DNA from: Antedon mediterranea
Lineage: Eukaryota > Animalia > Echinodermata
Assembly: GCF_964355755.1 (NCBI RefSeq)
Contig: NC_092679.1
Location: forward strand, 11,763,432-11,827,431
Reading direction: 5' to 3'
DNA: 64,000 bases
A program made the translations under genes and the position numbers. This document shows, one piece after another, positions 1 to 10,211 of this stretch. Under the pieces are notes generated by a model. That model was not told where the DNA came from and made no database searches. It saw only the letters and a list, made by a program, of their open reading frames with translations. Numbering within the stretch: the first letter of the stretch is position 1; each line of letters begins with the position of its first letter.

Positions 1-1520
1 GAGTTCAGTTGAGTTTCTAGAACGTGAATTACGGAATGATGAGGTGTGATTTCTGTATCGTGTTTTAAAATCATTTTCAGTTAGTCGGCAGTTGCATGTT
101 TTGTTTTCTTGCGTGTTTTCCACGGATGTTGTTTCGGGCTGGTTGAGTATTCTCTTGTTGTGACTGTCTATTATCTGTTTCATATTGTTCATACAACTGT
201 AGCTAATCTTGATAGTGTTTCGGTTGAAGATTTTTCTTAGTTTGTTATCTTTTGGAAAATGTTTGTCTACTAGGGATAGGAATTTCTGTCCAATGTTTGT
301 GCTGACGTTTTTGCTGAACGGTGGGTTGTACCACAGAATGTCTTTTCGTTGTCTGTTTTTTCGTCTTGTCTGGATTACCGGCTCGTATTTTAGTGTGTAC
401 TGGTATCCACTGTCGTTGAGAGTTTTCTGGTATACAGGGGCGGCTTGGTCGAATGAATTCTTGTCGGATGACAAGGACGAGAGTCGTCTGTTTATTCCGG
501 CGGGTATATTATTTAGGATGGTCGGTGGGTGGTTACTTTGTTGATGGATATACTGTAACGTGGCGTTTGGTTTGGTGTAGGGCTGGTATGTGTTCTTCGC
601 TAGGTTGAGTGTGACGTCTAAGAAGTTGATGACTTGTTTGTTTGCTTCTATGGTAATGCGTAGGCCGTTATTTATTTAATATTTGGCATATGTCTTTTTT
701 AATATTTTCTGTGCTTTTATGTGTGGTGTCTGTGACTGCAAGGCCGTCATCTCTGTAAAGTCCTATGTTGATTCCTAGTTTCTGTTGTAATTGGTGTAAC
801 AGGAAGCTTCCAACAAGTTCACATGTTTCTGCGCCATCATAACTACCCATAGTCACATCGAATGCTGTGGGGCCTTTCTTTTGCCATGGTTGCTGTTTGT
901 GTGATAGTACTGATTTTTTGGTATGTACGATGATGTCTCTTTCGTCGTTGGTAATATCATCGTATCTTTTAGCGAAGTCTAGTGCTTTATTCAGCAGGTC
1001 ATTGCTGATAGAGGGGTAAAATTCTACGATGTCGAAGCATATAAAGTTGTGTTGTTGTTTCTTGTCGATGCTCTTAAACCATTCGATGACCGATGAGGTA
1101 TTTTTCCATTGATTGGTGCAAAGTTTTGATGTAATTTTGCTGTTAATACAATCGAGTATAGTTTTGCTTATCTTGCCTATCTCGGATTTGGTCGGGTTTA
1201 TTAATCGGCAAGTAGGTTTGTTAGTGAAGTTCGGTTTGTGGTCTTTGAGGGTTATGAAAGCATCTTTATTTGCAGTTGTATCCACTCTGTCAGCGATGTT
1301 CAATTTTGTTGCAATACTTTTGTTTTTTCTATGAATCGTCTGTACGAGTGCAGGTTCTGCTTTCTTGTATGATTTGGTGATGTTTTCTTCTAGGAGGTTG
1401 TCATACGTCGGTGGGTCTAGTTTGTAGAAATTTGTGGTTTTGTCGGCTGCAATTAGAAGTTTGGGCTCGTTTTCAATTTTCTTGGAGTCGGTTTTTAACT
1501 TGTTGAGTAGAGGGTTGTCT
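1..1520 (-). mobile_element. Penelope-like retroelement fragment (RT, thumb, start of GIY-YIG region), disrupted
   Basis: ORF 668..1639(-) has PLE RT motifs (IAADKTTNFY, CFDIVEFYPSI, MGSYDGAETCELVG, GLYRDDGL). Past the stop at ~668 the reading continues [20 protein letters not shown]...SNHPP...WYNPPFS...FKTRYRNH. The 5' side is cut by a microsatellite at ~1521. Confidence 0.9.
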
Positions 1521-1625
1521 ACATACATATATATATGTATGTATATATACACATTAGGCAATGAACATGTATATATATATATATACATACACACATATAC
1601 ATATATACATACATATATACACACA
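1521..1625. repeat. (TA)n/(CA)n/(TACA)n microsatellite
   Basis: Read directly from the sequence. Confidence 0.9.
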
Positions 1626-1760
1626 AACTCATCAGACAATAAACATTAATTCTAAACAGCCCAGCGATATACTGAAATGTTAATTAATTAATTTGAAACG
1701 ATAAAGATGAGGAAATATAATATAAATATATAGCCAATATAGACTATTCTCAGTTATATA

Positions 1761-2858
1761 TGTAAGGATGTGGACGACAACACAAAAGGAAAAACACGCC
1801 TTTTCTCACTTTTACCACGGTCCGGTGGTGTATTTGGTTTTAATTTGTTTTTAGCATAACAATAGAGATCAGTATGGTCCTGAAAACCACATAATAAATA
1901 CAATGAGAAACAAAAGTAAATAATATTCTAAAATACAAGCCAATTCTTAGTAACGACCTCAACTTAACAGGCGACTCTAATAAAAAGGATTCTCTCTGAG
2001 GACTGCGACTATTACGTCAAACGGCACGTCTACCTAAACAGCCTCTGTATACTTTGTTAGAGTATACAAATACCTAATTAATTACCTACACAATTGCATC
2101 ATAAGTGCCTGAATATTACTATTATATTACTAGAACAAATGCATGTTGGAATTTACTCACACTATTTGAATACTAAACTTAGTCTATTCATTGAATCAAG
2201 GAGTTATAATCTTAGGTTTGTGTAAAATATATAAACAATAACAAATCCATGGGCGCAGCCATTTTGTATGACAAATAGAGGGCGCACTACATGACGATCT
2301 ATCACGAGCATGGTAGCCTCGTGTATACAAATTAATCAAGTGTGAACTGTAGGATGAACTATTTTATACAAACTGTTAACTAGAAACTATCTTCTATAAA
2401 CTAAACATTACTAAATCTATCTAAACATATTTTGTTAATACAAAGAAGGTTTATCACAAAAGTGTATATTATAACATTATATGGCATAAAATCCTAGTTC
2501 AAAGATTGTAACACAATACTATTCAATAGGCTTCCTAACTGCACATTCCATGAGTCAAGGTTAACCCAAAACAAATGTCTAGGCCTATGAATGCAATCAT
2601 CTTAAAATACAACATTAATGTTTCTTAAACATAACAGAATCTTATAAATGTATAACAAAGTAATGTATGTATAAAGTAGAGTAATTACCTTTTAATCAGA
2701 TCTTTAATTAAATAAGAGACAAAACTATCTGCTTCCTTGACCGGTTCATGAATACAAAAGAAAGCAAATCATTTGAAAAAGACTGTTACAATTATAGGGG
2801 GCAGCAACACCTATAGGGGGCAGTATTTAATTATCACATGATTAGATTAATCCCCACA
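1761..2858 (-). repeat. 3' LTR (1098 bp)
   Basis: Appears identical to 3224-4321. Preceded on the minus strand by the purine-rich tract AAACAGGGGAG (2859-2869). Confidence 0.92.
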
Positions 2859-3168
2859 CTCCCCTGTTTAAGCCGAGTTTGTCCTCAAACTTAATATTAT
2901 TCACAACAAGAAGAATCTTTTCAGCATTTTCAGAGTCAATGCCAGCATCATCAGGCCAGTCAGGGTAAACGTCCCCAGTACCATCGTCTTCAACAAAGGA
3001 CTCTACACATTCCCCTTCGGCTCCCACAAAGTGTCTCATCTTCTTCTCTGGGAGAACATATACTGTGTTTCCATTACCATGGGCAGCACGCCTAGTTGCT
3101 TCTAGTTCGGCTCTTAGCTCATCAACCGTCCTCTGCACATCTCGCAACGATGCCTTGCTTGCCATCAC
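2842..3168 (-). pseudogene. Truncated Gag N-terminus ORF (108 aa) reading into the 3' LTR
   Basis: Starts just after the PBS. VYVLPEKKMRHFVG...VESFVED resembles the N-terminus of Gypsy Gag (recalled similarity, not searched). Confidence 0.6.
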
Positions 3169-3202
3169 TGATCTCTAATGTTAAAGCCAAATACGATCCA
3201 CG

Positions 3203-3220
3203 ATCCCACTTCTGACACCA
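3203..3220 (-). promoter_or_regulatory. Primer-binding site complementary to tRNA-Leu 3' end
   Basis: TGGTGTCAGAAGTGGGAT lies 3 nt downstream of the 5' LTR and matches the 3' end of tRNA-Leu(CAG/CAA), ...ATCCCACTTCTGACACCA. Confidence 0.88.
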
Positions 3221-3223
3221 AAT

Positions 3224-4321
3224 TGTAAGGATGTGGACGACAACACAAAAGGAAAAACACGCCTTTTCTCACTTTTACCACGGTCCGGTGGTGTATTTGG
3301 TTTTAATTTGTTTTTAGCATAACAATAGAGATCAGTATGGTCCTGAAAACCACATAATAAATACAATGAGAAACAAAAGTAAATAATATTCTAAAATACA
3401 AGCCAATTCTTAGTAACGACCTCAACTTAACAGGCGACTCTAATAAAAAGGATTCTCTCTGAGGACTGCGACTATTACGTCAAACGGCACGTCTACCTAA
3501 ACAGCCTCTGTATACTTTGTTAGAGTATACAAATACCTAATTAATTACCTACACAATTGCATCATAAGTGCCTGAATATTACTATTATATTACTAGAACA
3601 AATGCATGTTGGAATTTACTCACACTATTTGAATACTAAACTTAGTCTATTCATTGAATCAAGGAGTTATAATCTTAGGTTTGTGTAAAATATATAAACA
3701 ATAACAAATCCATGGGCGCAGCCATTTTGTATGACAAATAGAGGGCGCACTACATGACGATCTATCACGAGCATGGTAGCCTCGTGTATACAAATTAATC
3801 AAGTGTGAACTGTAGGATGAACTATTTTATACAAACTGTTAACTAGAAACTATCTTCTATAAACTAAACATTACTAAATCTATCTAAACATATTTTGTTA
3901 ATACAAAGAAGGTTTATCACAAAAGTGTATATTATAACATTATATGGCATAAAATCCTAGTTCAAAGATTGTAACACAATACTATTCAATAGGCTTCCTA
4001 ACTGCACATTCCATGAGTCAAGGTTAACCCAAAACAAATGTCTAGGCCTATGAATGCAATCATCTTAAAATACAACATTAATGTTTCTTAAACATAACAG
4101 AATCTTATAAATGTATAACAAAGTAATGTATGTATAAAGTAGAGTAATTACCTTTTAATCAGATCTTTAATTAAATAAGAGACAAAACTATCTGCTTCCT
4201 TGACCGGTTCATGAATACAAAAGAAAGCAAATCATTTGAAAAAGACTGTTACAATTATAGGGGGCAGCAACACCTATAGGGGGCAGTATTTAATTATCAC
4301 ATGATTAGATTAATCCCCACA
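3224..4321 (-). repeat. 5' LTR (1098 bp)
   Basis: TG...CA termini, followed by the PBS on the minus strand. Confidence 0.92.
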
Positions 4322-4930
4322 TATATATATATAAATATACAATATTTATATATATAAACAAATCAGGCAAAGAACATATAAATATATATATATACAAATA
4401 TATATATATATACATACATACACACACACACATACATATATACAAATCAATTGTGTAAATGCACTGTGTAAATTATATATAAATAAATAAATAATTTTTA
4501 TTTTTTTTAATATATTGATAACATCAAATAATACCTTATATAAAAAGAACAGCAACATGTAGAAAAAAGGATGGCAATCCACGAAAGGCAAGCCTGTGAT
4601 GTGGAAGCCCACAATGAAGTAATAAATAAGTTAGACAGAACAACAAACACACAGGTACAGAACAAACTTACAGGACACAAATCACAACACAAACAGACAT
4701 CAACAAACAGAACATGCACAGACACACACGAACACACATCACCAGGGGAAAACATTAATATTTAGAAATGAGGAAAGATTTGAATGTTTTATTAAATAAA
4801 AATTTAGTAGCCGAATGTTTAATTTTAAAAAGAATTTTATTCCAATTCATGGGACCAGTATATCTGATTGAATGTTTAAAGGCAGTGAGTCTTGGTTTTG
4901 GCAAATGTAGGTCTTGTGCAATACGAGTAT
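4322..4930 (-). mobile_element. 3' end of L2/Crack-type LINE (ORF2 C-terminus, 3' UTR, microsatellite tail)
   Basis: Encodes TRIAQDLHLPKPRLTAFKHSIRYTGPMNWN...FLISKY* and joins in frame (HNYN|TR) with the LINE at 10212+. A (TA/CA)n tail occupies 4322-4500. Confidence 0.85.
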
Positions 4931-5349
4931 TAGACCGGCAGCCCAGAGACATTTGGTTAGATGAGCCAGGTACCAATATCTGACTATTTGAGTGTGTTGG
5001 GGGTCACTTGAAGTGAATGAAAATGGGAGTCTGCCGGGTACCCCCTGCTGCGTCTAGACCGGGGGGACCCCGAAACGTACTAAAAAATCGGCACAGGTTA
5101 GATGAGAGAGATACCACCTAATTTTACCACCATGGGATGCCCATTGGCATCCTTATAACAGTATCACAAACGACAGACTTTTTCTCTGCTGCAAAAGGCC
5201 CGCCAGACCCCCCGAGGGATGGCCTAAAATGGGGTTAGCATAGATGAGTGAGGTACCACTCAAAATCAATTCCAAACGAACAAGTTGTGTTCATACAATA
5301 CTAAATGGATAACAACAGACTAATTGTCTGCTGCACCGCAAGTGCCAGA

Positions 5350-5880
5350 CACCCTAAAGTTAGGCCCCCCTTCCCCCAACTAACCCAGCTTAGATATTGT
5401 AGATACCACCAGCAACCAATGTTATATGATTTAGCACATTGTAAGCAATACCAAATGACCTATTACAGACTATCTGTACACTGCTCTGGCCCTGGCAGAC
5501 CCCTCTAAAATTAGACTAGAGACCCCTCTTTCCCCAACTAGCCCAGCTTAGATATTGTAGATACCACCAGCAACCAATGTTATATGATTTAGCACATTGT
5601 AAGCAATCACCAAATGACCTATTACAAACTATCTGTACACTGCCTTGGCCCTGGCAGACCCCTCTAAAGTTCGACTAGAGACTCCATTCCCCCAACTGGC
5701 CTAGCTTAGATATTGTAGATACCACCAGCAACCAATGTTATAATTATGATTTAGCACATTGTAAGCAATACCAAATGACCTATAACAGACTATCTGTGCA
5801 CTGCCTTGGCACTGGCAGACCCCTCTAAAGTTCCCCCATTTACCCCAAGTATATCCTTAGATATTGTAGATACCACCAAA
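5350..5880 (+). repeat. ~158-bp tandem array in left arm
   Basis: Anchor AGATATTGTAGATACCACC recurs at ~5392, ~5550, ~5708 and ~5859. Confidence 0.88.
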
Positions 5881-6421
5881 AAAAACACACAAAACAACAT
5901 ATTTAATTGAATAAAGTTTAACTTTAATCGAACTAACACAAAACAATTGAAAATATATCACATCAATGACAATAAAATGACCATTACCATTTTAAAGGGA
6001 AAAATAGTTTTAGAGTTTCACTTCAAACTTATATAAGCCAAATATAAACAAGTACGGATTCGAGTAAATTTAGCATTCCTGCTAAGAATTGTGAGGATCT
6101 GGAATTCCTTGCCTTTGAATGTCAAAGATACATTCGTCTGTAACTCTTGCAACCTATTTTAAGAGAAAGCTTAGTAATCACCTTAATCAAATTCAGGATT
6201 GTAGTAACTTAATCAAAAGTGATTTGATTAATTAATAGTTGGTAATTTTAAATGCTGTATATTATAATCTTAATCCTCTATATATATTTATATATATAAA
6301 TCCAAAGGCAAATAACTGAAAAAATGACAATGCTGTGGGTATCAGTGGCTGAATCTCAATGGAGATACACAAAAAAATTGAAAAGCTAAATCAAAAGGCT
6401 AAAGTAAAACAGCCAGAAACG

Positions 6422-6463
6422 TTAGCAGAGCTTTCGGGCAACACTAGCCCTTCATCATTGCAA
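6422..6463 (-). ncRNA. Minimal type I hammerhead ribozyme motif (PLE pLTR), core C3 mutated
   Basis: Minus strand reads ttGCA-ATGATGA-A-GGGC tagtgtt GCCC-GAAA-GC-TC-TGC. Stem II is perfect, but CUGAUGA is changed to AUGAUGA. Confidence 0.7.
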
Positions 6464-6609
6464 GTGAAGGATAAGAGCTGGCAAGTGCTGCCTGGGTGGA
6501 CAGGAATAAAAGAAATACAACAAAAGGAGACAGGGTAGAGTCTGAATAAGAGTAGAAAACAAAGAAGGTAGCTTGGTAGAGATACAGTATAAACAATTTT
6601 GGAATGAAA

Positions 6610-6737
6610 CTAAACACGGCCAACAGCCATAAGTCGCGTGCTAAAACGCATAGTGATACCGGACCGACAGACAGACCGACAGACCGACCGACCGCCGACA
6701 TAGTGAACTATAGAGTCGCGTCCACGCGACTAAAAAC
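6610..6737 (+). mobile_element. Short Helentron/DINE-like non-autonomous element
   Basis: (GACC/GACA)n core and 3' hairpin GTCGCGTccACGCGAC followed by TAAAAA; a related relic lies at ~41640-41740. Confidence 0.55.
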
Positions 6738-8835
6738 AGCTTAAATGGTGGTTAATATTGATACTTAAATTTAGGTAGACAATGGAATAATTTTACCAAC
6801 CTGGGAGTATGTTTCTAATGTTAAGTACAAAAGGTTTTGTGGTTTTAAGTTGTAATTCCCAGTGGTTTTCCTTGTCTTTGCAAGTTTTGTCGCTCCATTT
6901 GACACATGGAATATTGCAATAACTCTGAAATTTGTTATCGAGTGACGTGACCAGATGAATTAAAATGTTCGGCTACAGGTTGAACAAGCCTTAATGTGTT
7001 GATAGCTGATCTATGTTGTGTCATTCTCATACGGAGAGTGTTTTTGGTTTCTCCGACGTACTGTTTGCCACAAATATTACAGTATATGAGATAAATGACG
7101 TTTTTGGTTAGACAATTAATTGATTGTCTTATCCGAAAAATGTGGCCAGTTTGGTTACTCTTAAATTTTTCAGTAGAATCAACCAATGAACAAGTTTTGC
7201 AAGATTTGCCGCAAAGGTGACTGCCCAAATTTTGACTGTCATGAGAGTTAATTTCACTCTTACATTTGGATCTGACTAATATATCACGAAGGTTGGGAGG
7301 TCTACGAAATGCAATAATGGGTGGTTCCGGAAAAACAGTCCTGAGACGTTCTGTGGACTGTAGAATGGGCATATGTTTCTCAATAAATTAATAGCCCCGT
7401 AATGGAGGCAACCTAGGTTGATAGGTTTGTAATTTCTATTCCGGAGATGTCCGGTTAGTTCTTCGGTACGATTCTGAAAATCTAAATCTGAAGAACAGAT
7501 ACGTCTGATAGGTAATGCTTTACTGTTCGGTATGTTTTTAGTACAGTGTTGGGGATGACAACTGCTAGGGAGCAGGTACATATTTTTATCAGTGGGTTTA
7601 CGGAATAGGTCAGTTTTGAGAGTACCATTTTCTATGGTCACTATAGTGTCCACAAAATCAACGCTACTAGTGGATTTGGTAACTGTAAATCTTAGGATCG
7701 ATGGAGTGTTTTTTTTTACCATCACAGAAACAGATTTTGCCACCTTATCCGCAATTTCCGGGGTGGGTTCCGTTGTGAGTTTACGATATATAATGAAGCT
7801 GTCTTAAGGATTCCTCTTAATAAAATTTGATGTCCATAGCAACAGTGGCAGAACCTTTATCAGCGGGTTTAATGATGATATCATTACGCTGACGCAATTT
7901 GGCAATGGCCTGCCTTTCTTGTTTTGAGATTGTCACGTTTATCTGGACTCGGGACGTAGTTTTGTACATCCTCCTCAATAGCCTGGATAAATGTTTCTAA
8001 AGCTGGACAACGATTTTTAGGTGGATTCCAGGAACTTTTTGGTTTAAATTTGTTAACGTTGCCTTCGTTTTGCGTGGTGCTGCTGTCTGAATCAGCAAAA
8101 TATTCACGTAATCGTAATCTTCTAGAAAAAGACTCTATATCCAAAGATAGTTGTTGTGCGCCGACCTGCCTTGGTTTTGGGCAGAATTTAAGTCCTCGGG
8201 AAGGAAGTTTTTTCTCTCCTTCGGAAAGTCGACAATTAATTTCAACAACTGAATCAGAGGTGTTGCTCTGATTCTTGTAATATGTCCCAACGAACCTTCT
8301 GCAGGGTTTCCTAAAAGCCCTGAAGTCATCCGAAGGTAGAGTCATTTGTGTTGAAATGACCAAGTCTGCATGGTAGACCAAATTTGTGATGTTCCCTTCG
8401 GGTCATTACCGTTGATTGTTTACGGCAGTCATTGGCGATAATCCTGAGTTTGTTTTGAAACTAGGATGCAGGAAGTTCTCTTTTCAACTTCTTAGTTCTA
8501 GAGTGAATTTCAACGTCAAACTCAGTGAGGATTTTGCGGCAATTGTCAATTTGGATCTCATTGAGATCTCTAATTTTGTTCAAATACCTTTTTTAATAGA
8601 TACAGTACTACATATCTACATAAATAAAGTACATAAAAAAAAATTATATATATTTATAATTTTTTTTTTAAATATTTTTTTCGATCGAGATACGGTATTG
8701 TTCAGTCTATCTGAAGATCGTTTAACGTGAAACACCGTGTAATAGACCTCCGTGTTCCATCTACTTTATAAAAATATATATTCGCTCTTGATTCCAATTG
8801 AGCACGTTTGCAGCCTCAACGCATCTATATAAGAC

Positions 8836-8877
8836 TTGCACTGATGAAGGGCTAGTGTTGCGCGAAAGCTCTGCTAA
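8836..8877 (+). ncRNA. Minimal type I hammerhead ribozyme motif (inverted PLE pLTR)
   Basis: ttGCA-CTGATGA-A-GGGC tagtgtt GCGC-GAAA-GC-TC-TGC has an intact core, palindromic AGCT in place of stem III, and one mismatch in stem II. Confidence 0.75.
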
Positions 8878-9404
8878 CTTTTCTGGCTGTTTACTTTATC
8901 GTTTTGATTTAGCTTTTCGCTTTTTTTTGTATCTCCATTGAGATCCAGCCACTGATACCCACAGAATTGTCATTTTTTCAGTAATTTGCCTTTGGATTTA
9001 TAAATATATATATATACATATGAATACAGGATTAAGATTATAATATACAGCATTTAAAATTACCCACTATTAATTAATCAAATCACTTTAGATTAAGTTA
9101 CTACAATCCTGAATTTGATTAGGGTGATTACTAAGCTTTCTCTCAAATTATGTCCAAGAGTTACAGACGGATGTATCTTTGACATCCAAAGGCAAGGAAT
9201 GCTAAATTTACCCGAATCCATACTTGTTATATATATTTGGCTTATAATATATAAGTTTTAATTGAAACTCTTAAACTATTTTCCCCTTTAGAATGGTAAT
9301 GGTCATTTTATCGTCATTGATATATTTTCAATTGTTTTGTGTTAGTTCGATTAAAGTTAAACTTTATTCAATTAAACATGTTGTTTTGGGTGGTTATTTT
9401 GTTG

Positions 9405-9790
9405 CTGCTGGTGGTATCTACAATATCTAAGGTAGGCTATATACTTGGGGTAAATGGGGGAACTTTAGAAAGGTCTGCCAGTGCCAAGGCAGTGTACAGA
9501 TAGTCTGTTATAGGTCATTTTGTATTGCTTACAATGTGCTAAATCATAATTATAACATTGGTTGCTGGTGGTATCAACAATATCTAAGCTAGGCCAGTTG
9601 GGGGAATGGAGTCTCTAGTCGAACTTTAGAGGGGTCTGCCAGGGTCAAGGCAGTGTACAGATAGTTTGTAATAGGTCATTTGGTGATTGCTTACAATGTG
9701 CTAAATCATATAACATTGGTTGCTGGTGGTATCTACAATATCTAAGCTGGGTTAGTTGGGGGAAGGGGGGCCTCTAGTCTAACTTTAGGG
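9405..9790 (-). repeat. ~158-bp tandem array in right arm (one unit fewer than left)
   Basis: The inverted anchor GTGGTATC(T/A)ACAATATCT occurs three times, versus four in the left arm. Confidence 0.85.
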
Positions 9791-10211
9791 TGTCTGGCAC
9801 TTGCGGTGCAGCAGACAATTAGTCTGTTGTTATCCATTTAGTATTGTATGAACACAACTTGTTCGTTTGGAATTGATTTTGAGTGGTACCTCACTCATCT
9901 ATGCTAACCCCATTTTAGGCCCTCCCTCGGGGGGTCTGGCGGGCCTTTTGCAGCAGAGAAAAAGTCTGTCGTTTGTGATACTATTATAAGGATGCCAATG
10001 GGCATCCCATGGTGGTAAAATTGGGTGGTATCTCTCTCATCTAACCTGTGCCGATTTTTTAGCACGTTTCGGGGTCCCCCCGGTCTAGACGCAGCAGGGG
10101 GTACCCGGCAGACTCCCATTTTCATTCACTTCAAGTGACCCCCAACACACTCAAATAGTCAGATATTGGTACCTAGCTCATCTAACCAAATGTCTCTGGG
10201 CTGCCGGTCTA

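Larger units (their letters stand above)
1761..4321 (-). mobile_element. Non-autonomous, internally deleted Gypsy-type LTR retrotransposon
   Basis: Two 1098-bp direct repeats (1761-2858, 3224-4321) with TG...CA ends, 4-bp TSD TATA, PBS, PPT and only 365 bp of internal sequence. Confidence 0.92.
6290..8600 (-). mobile_element. Penelope-like element, degenerate, RT core deleted, GIY-YIG endonuclease retained
   Basis: N-terminal SRGLKFCPKP...RRLRLREYF...KSSWNPP and KPADKGS; thumb LKTDLFRKPTDKNMYL..SSCHP; GIY-YIG region NVIYLIYCNICGKQYVGET...RMTQH; 3' pLTR abuts (TA)n at ~6280-6300. Confidence 0.9.
4931..10211. mobile_element. Non-autonomous fold-back DNA transposon (Academ-like), ~1.4-1.5 kb inverted arms, enclosing a Penelope element
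   Basis: Termini TAGACCGGCAG...CTGCCGGTCTA with 3-bp TSD TAT (4928-4930, 10212-10214); removing it restores the LINE frame. Arms are 4931-~6465 and ~8834-10211. The Academ label rests only on TAG..CTA ends, 3-bp TSD and long TIRs. Confidence 0.8.

Noticed and set aside
1521-1639. N-terminal MSDEFVCIYVCIY... of the 323-aa ORF
   Set aside because: It is translated microsatellite, not part of the RT protein.
4346-4765. Short ORFs rich in I/Y/C/V or T/H/Q
   Set aside because: They are LINE 3' UTR and microsatellite read-throughs.
5350-5880. Regularly recurring motif suggesting a CRISPR-like array
   Set aside because: Whole units repeat with no unique spacers, the context is eukaryotic and there are no cas genes.
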